A stretch of 63,807 nucleotides of DNA, filler included, from Olpidium bornovanus S191 (GCA_017911155.1; 32 parts of 32 records of this genome joined end to end with filler, not necessarily neighbours in it), one strand, 5' to 3'; numbered from the whole stretch's first letter, positions 1 through 11,192 are shown. A program made the numbers and translations. Notes: a model not told the origin generated them from the sequence alone.

Positions 1-946
1 ATTCCGCGAGATGATCACGCTCCAGAGCACGCGCGGGACGCTGTACGATCCTTCCCATTTGCCGCTGGTGCAAGAAGCCGCCGCGAGGACGGACTTGCCG
101 AGGCACTGGAAGCGGCTCATGGGCCTTATTAGTGGCGCGTTTGCGGACCCCGCGTCGTCGCTTCCCGACGGGCGGCGCGAATGGTCCCTGGCCTTCCTAC
201 GCTCGCCGAGACGGGTCCTGCCATCCGCCTCCGACCCAGCGGCCGTGGGGTCCGTGGAGCTTGAAACCAACCGCCTGGACGAGGGCGACAATAGGGCCGT
301 CGGCACGGGCGCGCTGGAAATTCTGCCCTGCGGGCTCGTGCTGCGCAGCATCGGATATCGCAGCACGCCGATTGAGGGCGTCCCCTTCGACGAGCGGAGA
401 GGGTGCGTTGAGAACGTCGACGGCAGGGTCGTAGAGCGCGCGGGCGGCGACGGAGGCGAACCCGTACGTGGTTTTACCGGGGCCTGCTTGGTTCCCAGAA
501 AAGCGACGCGTCGCACTCCACTCCACTCCCCTCGCCGATTTCCTAAACGTCTCCGCGCATTTTTTTTAATTTTCCAGAAGCGGGTTCCCGGCCTGTACAC
601 CGCCGGCTGGCTGAAGCGCGGCCCGACGGGCGTGATCGCGAGCACGATGCGCGACGCATACGAGACCGCCGACGCCGTGCTGTCCGACCTAAAGGCGGGC
701 GAGCCGATGCTGGAGGCGGCGTCACTGTTTTCTGCGGGCGGGGCGGCGGCGCGCAGGACGATTCCCGGGGAGAAAGGCGGAGCGGAGGTCCTCGTGCCGC
801 TAATGCGCTCGCGCGGCGCGCGGCCTGTCAGCTTTGACGAGTGGCGCAAGATTGACTTCGCTGAGCGCGAGAAGGGCGCTGCGCTCGGCAAGAACAGGGA
901 GAAGGTCGCCAGCGTGCAGGAGATGCTGGACGTTTTGGATCGGTGA
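1..946 (+). CDS. ARH1: NADPH:adrenodoxin/ferredoxin oxidoreductase, 3' part (5'-partial, one intron about 464-577)
   Basis: Motifs LVLRSIGYRS, PFDERRG and GLYTAGWLKRGPTGVIASTM are typical of FDXR/Arh1; a 114-nt GTACGT...CCAG intron removes a non-homologous stretch in frame. Confidence 0.92.
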   Translation, partial: FREMITLQSTRGTLYDPSHLPLVQEAAARTDLPRHWKRLMGLISGAFADPASSLPDGRREWSLAFLRSPRRVLPSASDPAAVGSVELETNRLDEGDNRAVGTGALEILPCGLVLRSIGYRSTPIEGVPFDERRGCVENVDGRVVERAGGDGGEPVRGFTGACLVPRKATRRTPLHSPRRFPKRLRAFFLIFQKRVPGLYTAGWLKRGPTGVIASTMRDAYETADAVLSDLKAGEPMLEAASLFSAGGAAARRTIPGEKGGAEVLVPLMRSRGARPVSFDEWRKIDFAEREKGAALGKNREKVASVQEMLDVLDR

Positions 947-1691
947 GCAACAGAAAAAAGAAATGAAAAACACAAATGACGAGCTCGACCGAAGCATTCT
1001 CCAGGGCGAATTGCTGGCGGAAACACAGGAGGGTCGTCCGGGCGGGCCCGCTGCACTTTTCATATCCTTCAATTGTTCGGGTAGTGCTCTTTTTTTTATC
1101 TATGCGCCAGGGACAGCAGAACACACTAGTAGAATACCAAGTATAGGAAACTGGCCAATTGCGGAGAGGATGGAAGTGTGAAGGTGTCCAGTTAACGGCG
1201 GTGTTATCCACGGCGAAAACGCGGGAGGATCAGGTGTGAATATTGCAGGCCGGGTTAGCGGTGGCCCGGAGGGAAGCGGAAAGGAGGTTGTTTGGCCTTT
1301 TGTGAATTTCTCCGCATTGGCCGGCCAACACTGACAAAACCGACAAAAGCTCGTCAGGAAAATATGCAAAAACACCAGACGATTGTAAAGCTACACGACT
1401 TTGCTTTCGTGGCCGTACTTATGGGTGACGGAGCGTTAATGAAACACGACGCTATGCAGCATAAGGAATTTTCTAATTTGAGTGTACCAGAGCAACACTG
1501 GCCGGCGGGATAGGGTAAGTTCAACCAAGAATTGGTGTTTCCGAGGGGAAGAGGGGGAGCGGGGCGAGCGAGGGGGATGAAGGGGTTGACTCTGATGGCA
1601 AGATGCACCACCGGACGAAGAAGCGGTTCCGCGTGTTCTCTCTTCTCCTACTTCCGCGACTTCGCGTTTCTGCCACTAAGTGAAGTCATTG

Positions 1692-1731
<40 letters not shown>

Positions 1732-1850
1732 AAAAGGGAGTACTGACATTACAAGATTTGAACTTATACAGAATACACGAATAGTATTACTCCTAACTAT
1801 TAGACTAAACTAGTAATATTAAATACTAGCAATATTATAAATAAAATAGA

Positions 1851-1950
1851 NNNNNNNNNNNNNNNNNNNNNNNNNNNNNNNNNNNNNNNNNNNNTTAATT
1901 AATTAANNNNNNNNNNNNNNNNNNNNNNNNNNNNNNNNNNNNNNNNNNNN
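1851..1950. other. Artificial contig linker (44 N + TTAATTAATTAA + 44 N); first of 31 identical linkers, the last at 62692-62791
   Basis: Identical 100-bp structure recurs 31 times; TTAATTAATTAA gives stops in all six frames; flanking genes are cut mid-exon or mid-intron. Confidence 0.99.
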
Positions 1951-3622
1951 CCCTTCGTCCTGGCGGTCTTGTCGTTGCCTGGGCCGTCTTCGACCTTCAT
2001 GCTCTCTGCGCCGCGGTCGCGCGGCCTCCGGTTTCCGTGGGCAGCCGCGGGAGGGGAGAAGCGGCAGGCTGGGGCACGGGGTGGGGATGGAAGAGGGCGG
2101 ACGGAACGAGAGGGGGGCGTGGACGGAGTGACGGGGGAAGCGCGTGCGGGGAGCGCGTGGGGCGCGCGACGGGCGTGCGCGCGGGAGGGAGGGGAGCGGG
2201 GGGGACGCGAGCAGCCGCCAAAACGAAATTTCCGACGCGCCCGCCGCCATCCCGCCCTATTCCCCACCCCCGCGTTCCGTTCGTCGCGGGCTCTGGCGTC
2301 AGAGTCCCGACAGCGCGGCGGGACGAAGGGCTGCGGAAGTCAAAAGGCGGCAGCAGCCCGGCGCGCTCCGGGCCAGCGAGGAAAAGCGCAGTGGGCGCGC
2401 GCGCTATGAGCATCTGGCGGGGCGGCCCCGCTCAAACAAACTGGGCCACCCCTCCCCCCCACCTGCGGGTGACGGCGGCGCGACGCGGGCGGAGCTCGCC
2501 CTGCGCGCGTTTGCGGCGCGCGCACTTTCTTCCTTCCTGTCCTCCGCCGCCCCGCCCCCCCTCCCTCCTCCTTCCTTTTCACCCACTCCCCTCCCCATTC
2601 GTGACTCGGAACGGCTGCGACGCAGTGGCCGCGGGGCTGGCTGGAGGGGAGGAGGGGGAGGAAGCAAGCAGGCGACGCGAAAAACAGTCCTTCACCCCCC
2701 CCCCGCGTGTCTGCTTCACCTGTCTAACAGCCTCGCCCCACGTGTCTTCTTTGCCCGCGATGAAAACGATGTTGCGAATACGGTCAGCGCCGACCCACGT
2801 ACGGCAGACTCCGCCATTCCGCCTCGCCCTCTTCCCCCGCCCTTCCCCTATCCCATCCCTTTCTCCCCCAACCCCAACCCAGCCCCAATCTTAACCCCAA
2901 CCCCAGCCTAAACTTGTGCCGAACGCAACCCCAACCAACACCAACTCCGCCCTTAACCTCCCCCACCCCGCCCCCCGCCCCCCGTCTTTCCCACCGCCTC
3001 CCTCAGGCTACGCACATGCCAGCAAAAAGAGACGATTTCGAGATTCGTTAAATCGGGCAGTCGGTCACCGCAACGACGCGTGAAGGCCCTCTTGGGCGCA
3101 TCGTAACCTCTGCCGACCAAGCGGGGCGTTGTTGCCGGCGGTTTATGCGGCGGAGCGCGCGGCCGCGACAGATCTGCGCCCCCCGCGGCAGACAGTTTTG
3201 GACGCGTTTGTGGCTGCCTGGCATGGCAGCGTTATCGAAAACAGGAATTCCAGCAACAGAACCCCGTTTTTATCTGTTGAATGACATCGATAATTTAAAT
3301 TTGCGTGAATCGTTCAGTTAATTTGTGAAAATAATAATTAGANNNNNNNNNNNNNNNNNNNNNNNNNNNNNNNNNNNNNNNNNNNNTTAATTAATTAANN
3401 NNNNNNNNNNNNNNNNNNNNNNNNNNNNNNNNNNNNNNNNNNAAGACAGAAACTCCAAAGGGTTGTTAAGAGAACGGGTTTTAAATTTTGGCTACTTTTC
3501 CGTTACTTTTGATTGTATATTTTGTGTAAATTGCCTTTTAAAATTATTTTTAAGAAACACATGGTGGACATCGGTGACGTTTTTTCTCTAGAAAAAAATC
3601 ATTGCGTTGCCTCACTGTGACC

Positions 3623-6002
3623 CTAGGAGACAACAGTCGCCACGGACACGGAGTAGGCGCCGCTATGCGAGATGGCGCCCTTCACGGTCTGGATGGAAAG
3701 ATTTTTCACGGCGCCTTCCGCCGCACCGTAGAAGCGCACAACGGGCGCCTGGCCGGTTTCACGGAGAATCTCGATTTCCTTCAGGGGAGCTCCCGCCCCT
3801 CCGGTCCAAACTTTCCTGCCGGCAGCACTGGTCACGGCCTTGATTACAGCCTCCTTTGCTGCCCACTTCCCGGAAAAGCTCGCAAGCGGGTCGGCGGATT
3901 GGCGACAGTAGGCTTGCTCGGCTTTGGTGAAGTTACGCTCGACAAACGTCTGATTGTCGATGGGAACTTCGGAGCAGAGTTGGACATCTGCAGGATACGA
4001 ATGTCAGTCGTCTCCATAGGGAGCGTGCGAAAATTCCTATAACCCACACTGACCAATTCCAATTCCGCGACCGTCCGCGTCCACGTCGAGTCGCTTGGAG
4101 GCTTCGGTGAGTGCATTTGTGACGGTGACATCTGCAGGCGTCATCTTCGCCGTCTTCTCTTGGTTCGCGAAAGACCATGATTCTGCGTCCTTGTCATACG
4201 AGGCCCGAGCCAGCAGGTTCAGGTACACGCCGTTCTGCTGCTTAGGCGTGTAGGGCGCCGCAGATTTGACGCGCACAAACGGTTTCTGGCCAGTGAACAT
4301 TTCATGGTAATAGCGGTACGTCTGCCGTTGCCTCTTCTCGCGCCGGGCAACGTAGTCGCGGAACATGTCCTCCTCGAGGGCAGCGAAAAGGAAATCTGGG
4401 TGGACGACCAGGACCTCGGCCCCAGCTTGTCCAAAACCGAAGCTCTTCAGCAGTCCGGCGCGGACGCCATCCGTCTGAATGGAGTGGCTTGGGTAGAGGA
4501 TGTACTTGAAGTCGCGCAGCTCGTGATCGGCGTTGTCGAGATTGCGGTTGCCCGGGATCAAACCGGTCTCCAAGACTTGAAGAACTCCATTCAACATCCA
4601 GGCGGCTGACAACGAAGAGGAGCCGTCACCTCTTACCACATTCACATTCAGGAAAAGAGCCGTTCAAAAATATTTGAGCAAACTCACCAGCTGCGCCCTT
4701 AGGATGTCCCGTCAAATGCTTCTGGAACACAGCAGGCAGCAGGTTCCCGGTCTTTCTGCCTAGATGTTTCATTTGTTCATTGAGGACAGATGACTCATTG
4801 AAGTCGTTTGCCTTCGTGCCGGTTCCATGGAAGGAGGCGACACCTGAACAAGCCGCCTAGTCAGCACTGAAACCAGAGTATGTCCATAACCACGCAGGTA
4901 GTGTACTCACCAATGTCGTCGATCGTCAACCCATAAGTAGCAAGCGCTCCCCGGATGGGCGAAATGCTCGGGTCATTCTTCCACCAATCGTGAGACCAGG
5001 TGGCCTTCGCAGCCTGTTCGCGACGTGCAGCCTCTTTTTCGATGAAAGCCGTTCTCTCGCTTACGAACTCCGAATCGACCTCTCCTTTCCCGGCGTTTTT
5101 CATCCGGTCAATTTGCGCTGCAAGATCCTTGTACTCGTCCGCTACCCACTCCTTCAAGCGTTGGCGCTCGCGGCGCAGCTGCGCGGACCGGTATTCGAGA
5201 TCAAGAAGCGGAGAGCCGTGCTTCAAGGGCGTCTCGCGGGCAGTGGTCAAGATGCCCTGGCCTGGGGCAGGTACGGAACGGCCAAGCTTGTCCATAGCCG
5301 TGCTCGTGTGCGCAACAATTCCGCGGATGGGTAGACCCATTTTGATTGCCATGGCTGCCGTCATCAGCACATGGTTGCCGGCTCCCTGCGCCTCCATGAA
5401 GCCCGCGCGGGTGTCTGAATGAACGGCCGAGGGGCGTTAGTCAAAATATCGCTCAACAACACATAACAAGCCACGAATGCCTTGGCGGCGCACCTGCGGC
5501 CGGACGGCACATCTCGCGCGGCTCGCGCCCCGCAGCGAGTTCCAGAAGGGAGTCAGACGTCGCCCTCATCGTCGCAAACTCGAAGGACCCTTCTTCTTGG
5601 AAATCGTCGCATCCGCCACAAAGGACAACCTTCGCCTTTCCAGAAAGAATTGTCTCAACGCCCACTTCCACCGACTGCGCGGCAGTAGCACATGCCGCAA
5701 CGACCGGCTTGATAGGTCCGGACGCAGACAGGAGGAGCATGTTGATCCACGCAGGCATGGTGTTGATGAAGCTTTCCTGCAGGATGTCTCCTTGCACGGG
5801 TTTTTCCATTATCCGGTCCTGAAACACCCTGGAGATTAGCTTCGGTTGCCAAAACGGGAGGGCCCCCCAAGCCGCACCAACTGCACACCTTGAAGATTTT
5901 CTGCATCGCACGCATGCCTCCCATGCCTCCTCCCGACGTGTTTCCGACTTCGCTCACGTGGCAGTATTGGTAGAACTCGTACGGATCTGTGATCCCGGAA
6001 TT
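3623..6002 (-). CDS. FAS2: Fungal type I fatty acid synthase, C-terminal ketoacyl synthase + phosphopantetheinyl transferase domains (5'-partial, multi-exon)
   Basis: [35 protein letters not shown] (KS active-site Cys), [27 protein letters not shown] region, [14 protein letters not shown], then spliced GIGIDVQ...[14 protein letters not shown]...[12 protein letters not shown]...[12 protein letters not shown] (AcpS-type PPTase); stop at 3623. Confidence 0.96.
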
Positions 6003-6102
6003 NNNNNNNNNNNNNNNNNNNNNNNNNNNNNNNNNNNNNNNNNNNNTTAATTAATTAANNNNNNNNNNNNNNNNNNNNNNNNNNNNNNNNNNNNNNNNNN
6101 NN

Positions 6103-6764
6103 CATGATTGCCCTTCGACGTTCGGCGCTGAGGAGCGTCATCGGAATTGGTTTCGACGGGTGGCCCGAGGCCGACAGAATGGCCTGCATCGATGGACGGC
6201 CTTTCCCGCGAGTACAGGGAAGAGGAAGACGCCCTTCATTGGCCGGCACAGGAACGAGCCCAAACTGTCGATTAGAGCTCTGATCGATAGTTGCTCGTTC
6301 AGCTTGCTGAACTCATCGATCGCTAAGTAGATGAAAACGTCTTTGCAGCTCGATCCCTCGGTCACCGTTCGCTGGTTAATTTGGATAGCAGTTGACACGT
6401 CCATGTCCTCCTTGAATTCCTCGGGGAGCATGCGCAGGAACTCGCGGAACGACATTGGGTGAGCGGAGAAGTAGAAGTGGTACAATATCCGCAGACCGAA
6501 GGATCTAGCCATCTCTAGCTCTTCATCTTCAGCTAGCGCTTTTAGCGCAGACAGGAGTTCGACCAAAAGCCGCGTTTTGCCCAGCCCAGGTGCTGCCCCC
6601 ACGACGGCGATAGGATGATACTCTCGATCGGCCTTATCTCGGTGGTTCCAGCGCTGCCGTGCGACGTCAAGAAGCAGGTTGACTGCCGGCTCCCGACCGG
6701 CTTTCGGACCGCGTTTTTGCAAGAGATGCGGGAAAGAAATCTGGGGAGACCGGCAATTCGACAA
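6103..6764 (-). CDS. Crinkler (CRN)-like P-loop NTPase fragment, probably frameshifted near 6194
   Basis: GREPAVNLL...RWNHRDKADREYHPIAVVGAAPGLGKTRLLVEL (Walker A), LRILY, YLAIDEF (Walker B), FPVLAG, then HPSKPIPMTLLS in a shifted frame; resembles CRN-like NTPase families of early-diverging fungi as recalled. Confidence 0.65.
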
Positions 6765-8011
6765 TCAAACACGGAGCAGTTGAATCTGTTACAAGAGGTA
6801 AGAGCAAGAGTTCCTGCGTGCTGCATATGTTCTCGCGGCTTTTTTATTATTTTTTCCCTTGAACGTTCCGAGTTTCTGTTTTTTTTTTTTTTTTTTTGTT
6901 TTTTGTTTTCTGCAACGTCGAAACTTCTTTCCAGCTGTGACGTCAGCCTTTCCTTCACACCGTTTCAGAGCACCCGCGGTCCGCGAGCGCCCGCCGGGTC
7001 ACGCGCTCGTCAAAGCCGCCTGTGTTTTCAGTTTTCCCGGCGGGCAACGCCCATCCCGTGCCGCAAAACATCAAGAGTAATTGTACACTCATCTCGGCGG
7101 TACGCTGCGGGAAAACCGAAGACGCCTGCTGGTGGGATGCCAAATGCTGTTGAAAGGCGCTGCGCGGCTGCGGACGCGCGCGGCGAGAGCGCGCCCTGCG
7201 AAACCGCCTCTGGGCAGGGAAATACCAGGGGTGTGGCGCGTGCAGCTGTTCGAGAGTTGTGAACCGTACGTGCGCTCTACGGGTCACGAGAACATCAAAG
7301 TGCTGTTCCTGGAGGTTTCCGCTCTCCCACGGCGCGCAGAAGCAAAAAAAAAGGATCCATCTCCCTCCTTCCGTGAGCTTAATTGAGCTTCCCTTCAAGC
7401 ATAGAGGCCGTCGCTGACGGGGGACGGCGACGAGTTTAAACATGNNNNNNNNNNNNNNNNNNNNNNNNNNNNNNNNNNNNNNNNNNNNTTAATTAATTAA
7501 NNNNNNNNNNNNNNNNNNNNNNNNNNNNNNNNNNNNNNNNNNNNGGCCGGGCGCGCGCGAAGTGAGCGGAGCGCAGACGCGCAGCGTGCCCGGTGAAGAC
7601 GGAGGAGAGAAAAGAAAGTCGTGTTTTGACTGCGGCACCGCTGTCGGCTTCAGGCCCTTTCCATGGGGTGAAAATCTCCAGAACGGGGGCAACCGCGGGG
7701 CTGGCGCTCACAATGCGCCGGCGACTCGCCCTTCCCCTCCTCCTCCCCGTTATTTTTTGACACCCCTCGTCGCCGTGCGCCCTGTAACGCCAGTGATGAA
7801 TCTACCGCGTGCAGGGTCTGTCCTTGGGCGTTTTGACATTTTATTCCTGCCGCGAATGGGATCTCGCTCGTGCCGAGCTTGCCTCAGAACCTAATGAACT
7901 CGATTTCGTCCATCGGCTTTGCGAATGTGTCCACAACATTCTCGGCTGAGGCGACGTGTTCAATCTGGATTACACATCCGCGGCACTTCTCCCGAGGCGA
8001 TGACGCCATAC

Positions 8012-8215
8012 ATTGATGCGCTTCAAATCACTTTGCAGCCTTGACGCCTGCCGCCAACCCCGCTGACCCAGCATTTTCTGTATCAACGGGCGTAGCCTCG
8101 GCCACAACTGCCGATTGATGCGCTTCAAATCACTTTGTAGCCGTGACGCCTGCCGCCAACCCCGCTGACCCAGCATTTTCTGTATCGACGGGCGTAGCCT
8201 CGGCCACAACTGCCG
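8012..8215. repeat. Tandem duplication, 2 x 102 bp
   Basis: Units start at 8012 and 8114 (ATTGATGCGCTTCAAATCACTTTG...) and differ at a few positions. Confidence 0.95.
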
Positions 8216-8564
8216 GGTAAATGTTTTGAAGAATTGGTCGTAGCCAATGTGTCTCCTGTGCAGCGGCTGAATCTGTCCGTTCCCTGCAAGTATCGTTGCA
8301 CTCATTTTATCGCGGCCCAATGGCAAACTGGGGGTGATACCCCGAATCCCGCAATGAATAAGGCGAGTTGCAGTCCAACTGGCGACCCAATGTTTAGTTG
8401 AGGCTTGGGGGGTTGACTGGTGCGCCAATCCCAGGGTCTGACCCTGGGGTCGCCGAACGGCGAAAGTAAGGACACAAATTACATTTACTCGGTAAAAAAA
8501 TTAATTCACACGTCCATCATTGGTCAGTTTTGCACAAAATAAGACTATTCGGCGCTTTTTGCGC

Positions 8565-9107
8565 TCAGTTTAGTCGCTGTCTTCCGGGGTATTGCAATTG
8601 ATTGCGGAATTCCGCGTTTCCGAGTGGCATTACGTGCCCACATGGGGTCACATAATTTGTGACCCTGTTGAGGAGGATGAGCGCGAACGTCGTTATTTCC
8701 CCGGAATAAAACACAGCCAAGTATGTTCTAAATGCCATACATTTCAAAGGACGAAAGAGGTCCTCGACTTCAGTCCCGACTTCTAAATGATGAGGCCTGC
8801 GGCGCTTGTTCGGAGCATGCTTGTGCTTCAACCGCTTCATTTCGGCTTCGGAAATGGTGACCTCTTGGGCGTCACTTAAATTAAGTGGAACCTTGATGTC
8901 GTTTGCCGGCCAGGCATTGACCGTTGACTCGGGTACCTTGCACCGTCTATCCGCGGCATCCGTCACCAGAAAGATGGCATCGGCACCATGCCCACCGTCC
9001 GCCGCCGCCAAAATCCCAATCAAGCCACCAATCTCAGCTTCAAGCCACAATCCCTCCTCCTGGGGCCTCTCCAACCCGTAGTAGGCCAGCATCTCAGGTG
9101 AGTTGAA
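8565..9107 (-). CDS. Hypothetical protein fragment (5'-partial)
   Basis: Open frame from the contig edge (FNSPEMLAYYGLERPQEEGLWLEAEIGGLIGILAAADGGHGADAIFLV...) with protein-like composition; family not recognised. Confidence 0.35.
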   Translation of the reverse strand, partial: FNSPEMLAYYGLERPQEEGLWLEAEIGGLIGILAAADGGHGADAIFLVTDAADRRCKVPESTVNAWPANDIKVPLNLSDAQEVTISEAEMKRLKHKHAPNKRRRPHHLEVGTEVEDLFRPLKCMAFRTYLAVFYSGEITTFALILLNRVTNYVTPCGHVMPLGNAEFRNQLQYPGRQRLN

Positions 9108-9207
9108 NNNNNNNNNNNNNNNNNNNNNNNNNNNNNNNNNNNNNNNNNNNNTTAATTAATTAANNNNNNNNNNNNNNNNNNNNNNNNNNNNNNNNNNNNN
9201 NNNNNNN

Positions 9208-9247
<40 letters not shown>

Positions 9248-9309
9248 AAAATAATTTCCCGTTCGCGGCGTGCGGGAGGGCCAGGGGGGGGGGACGCCAA
9301 CGTGAAGAA

Positions 9310-9555
9310 GAGCAAAACTGCGCCTTGTCTTTTTTTTTTCAAATCATTATAAGCAAAACTGCGCCGTTTCTTTCTTTTTCAATTGTTTTTAAGCAAAACT
9401 GCGCCTTTTTTTCTTTTTTTCAATTCTTTTTAAGCAAAACTGCGCCTTTTCTTTCTTTTTCAATTCATTTTCAGCGAAACTGCGCCGTTTCTTTCTTTTT
9501 CAATCCATTAACGCAAAACTGCGCCGTTTCTTTCTTCCTTAAGCAAAACTGCGCG
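9310..9555. repeat. Minisatellite-like array, 7 copies of a roughly 40-bp unit with core (A)GCAAAACTGCGCC plus a T-rich tract
   Basis: Cores at about 9310, 9351, 9391, 9432, 9472, 9511 and 9541; ends about 80 bp upstream of the ATG at 9634. Confidence 0.9.
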
Positions 9556-9633
9556 GGACCAAAGAGAATAAAAAGACAGACAGAGAGAGAGAGAGTGACA
9601 ACCAACCAACCAGAAAAAAAAAAGACGGCTTGA

Positions 9634-10750
9634 ATGGCGGCAGAAAGCGGTTCTTCGCCGGACCGCCCTGCCCCCGACCCAGACGCCGAGGAGGATGACA
9701 ACGGCGGCGGCGGCGGCGTTGAGGACCGCGCCTCCTCCCCGGAGACGGCGCCGGATCACCGGCGTCGCCCGGAATCGGACCGGTCCCCGTCTGATCGCCG
9801 CGCCGGAGACGCGGACGATCCAACGGCGTTTGGCTTTCTCCCGCCGCCGTTGCCGCGGGAGGAGGAGAAGGAGGAGGGGGAGGAAGACAACGACTTCACC
9901 GGCGACGACAACGGCGGCGACCCGGTCCTCCTACCGGGAGCAGGACCCGCGCGTGCGCAGGACGACGCCGCCGCCGCCGCCGCCGCTGGCGCCGAGTTTA
10001 CCCTGCGGGGAAGGCGGCGAACTCTGCCGTCCACCGTGATGACCCGCGCCTCGCCCGTCGCCGCGAAAGCCCACCCGTCATCGTCGTCGTCGTCCGCCGG
10101 ACTGTCTTCCGGGCGGAGCGACGTGCTTCGGGGCGCGACGACGGCGGCGTCCCCCCCAGCGCTGCCCCTGCCGCCGTCGCCGTCGCCGCCGCATCCGCAA
10201 GACGATCCGCGGTGGTCCACGCCGAGTTCGTTTCTCTCGGCGGTCGAGCCGGCGGCGGCGGCGGCGACGGCCACGGCGACGCCCGCAAGCCGAAATCGTC
10301 AACGGCAGGAAACCGACCATTCCAACCATGTCTCCCCGCAGCTGCTTCCCATCGATCTCGACGAGGTCGTCGACGACGATGACCAGTTTTGGAATTACTT
10401 CGCCTCTTACAACGCCTTCGACTTGTCCGGCAGCCCGCTTGTTGACCGGGCGATCGACAAGGTCCGCCAGGTGCGGCAAGAGGTCGAAAGGACGCTGCTC
10501 TCACGCGCCGCCGGCAGGCGCGGCGTTAATAAGGTCGAAATCGAAGCGAGGCTCCGCAAGAGGTTCGCTGCACTTAAGCGGCAGGTCGACACGAGCACCA
10601 GGGTCATCAGCGAAAAGCTGGCCGAGGCACCCATGATCCGACTCAGGGACCGGGTGTCGTTCCTCCTGGGAGTCACGGGGATGTGGTGCTCGGCAATGGT
10701 AATGGTGAGCACCCTGTTTGCTTGTGCGCGAGTGTGGGTGTGGGTGTGAG
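9634..10750 (+). CDS. GPC1: Glycerophosphocholine acyltransferase Gpc1 / DUF2838-like protein, N-terminal part (3'-partial)
   Basis: Long disordered acidic/Pro-rich N-terminus, then coiled coil RKRFAALKRQV and PMIRLRDRVSFLLGV entering the first TM helix, as recalled for DUF2838 proteins. Confidence 0.65.
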
Positions 10751-10850
10751 NNNNNNNNNNNNNNNNNNNNNNNNNNNNNNNNNNNNNNNNNNNNTTAATT
10801 AATTAANNNNNNNNNNNNNNNNNNNNNNNNNNNNNNNNNNNNNNNNNNNN

Positions 10851-11051
10851 CGGCGACGGCGACGGCGCTTGAAGCGGCGGATGGCTTCCTCAGCGGAGAG
10901 GCTGAGACTCTTAATCTGTTACGTTCAGCTCAACGTTCTCTCGTGTATTTGCTATGGTTGACGGTTACAGCGGGGAGGGGCCAGGCGGACAAAAGAAAAA
11001 GAAAAAAAAGGGGGGTGGGGGGGGGCAAAAACGAGGGCGCATATCTGAACA
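10851..11051 (-). mobile_element. LTR retroelement family A: 5' LTR (11051-10917, 135 bp, TGTT...AACA) + PBS (10916-10903) + leader, truncated at contig edge
   Basis: Near-identical inverted copy at 41167-41360; similarity stops exactly at TGTTCAGATATG; the LTR end AACA is followed immediately by GATTAAGAGTCTCA, complementary to the tRNA-Lys(CUU) anticodon arm. Confidence 0.75.
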
Positions 11052-11192
11052 AAAGTCTGCCCCCCATCATCCTCGCCCCCTCCCTTTCCGGGCAGCCGGC
11101 CGCCGTCCGACCGCCGAAGGCGCAAGTTGAAATCCTTTCGAGGAGCCCGAAAGTGCTTAGGCGACCCCGACGTTAAAACAGCGCCCACCGCC

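Noticed and set aside
2865-2975. Telomere-like CCCCAA/CCCTAA tract
   Set aside because: Degenerate, internal to the contig, and lies between a GTACGG donor-like and a CTCAG acceptor-like site; most likely an intron pyrimidine tract.
9310-9555. CRISPR array
   Set aside because: Eukaryotic context, no cas genes, and the inter-core segments are related T-rich sequences rather than unique spacers.
10875-10960. Intact or intron-containing tRNA-Lys(CTT) gene
   Set aside because: Only the anticodon arm and a partial D-arm match; there is no T-loop (GTTCGA) or acceptor stem. The match ends at an LTR-like terminus, which fits a PBS better.
10881-10961. Conserved 26-aa sORF (MASSAERLRLLICYVQLNV...) in both family A copies
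   Set aside because: Antisense to the inferred element and spanning the PBS/LTR junction; conservation is explained by the high DNA identity of the copies.
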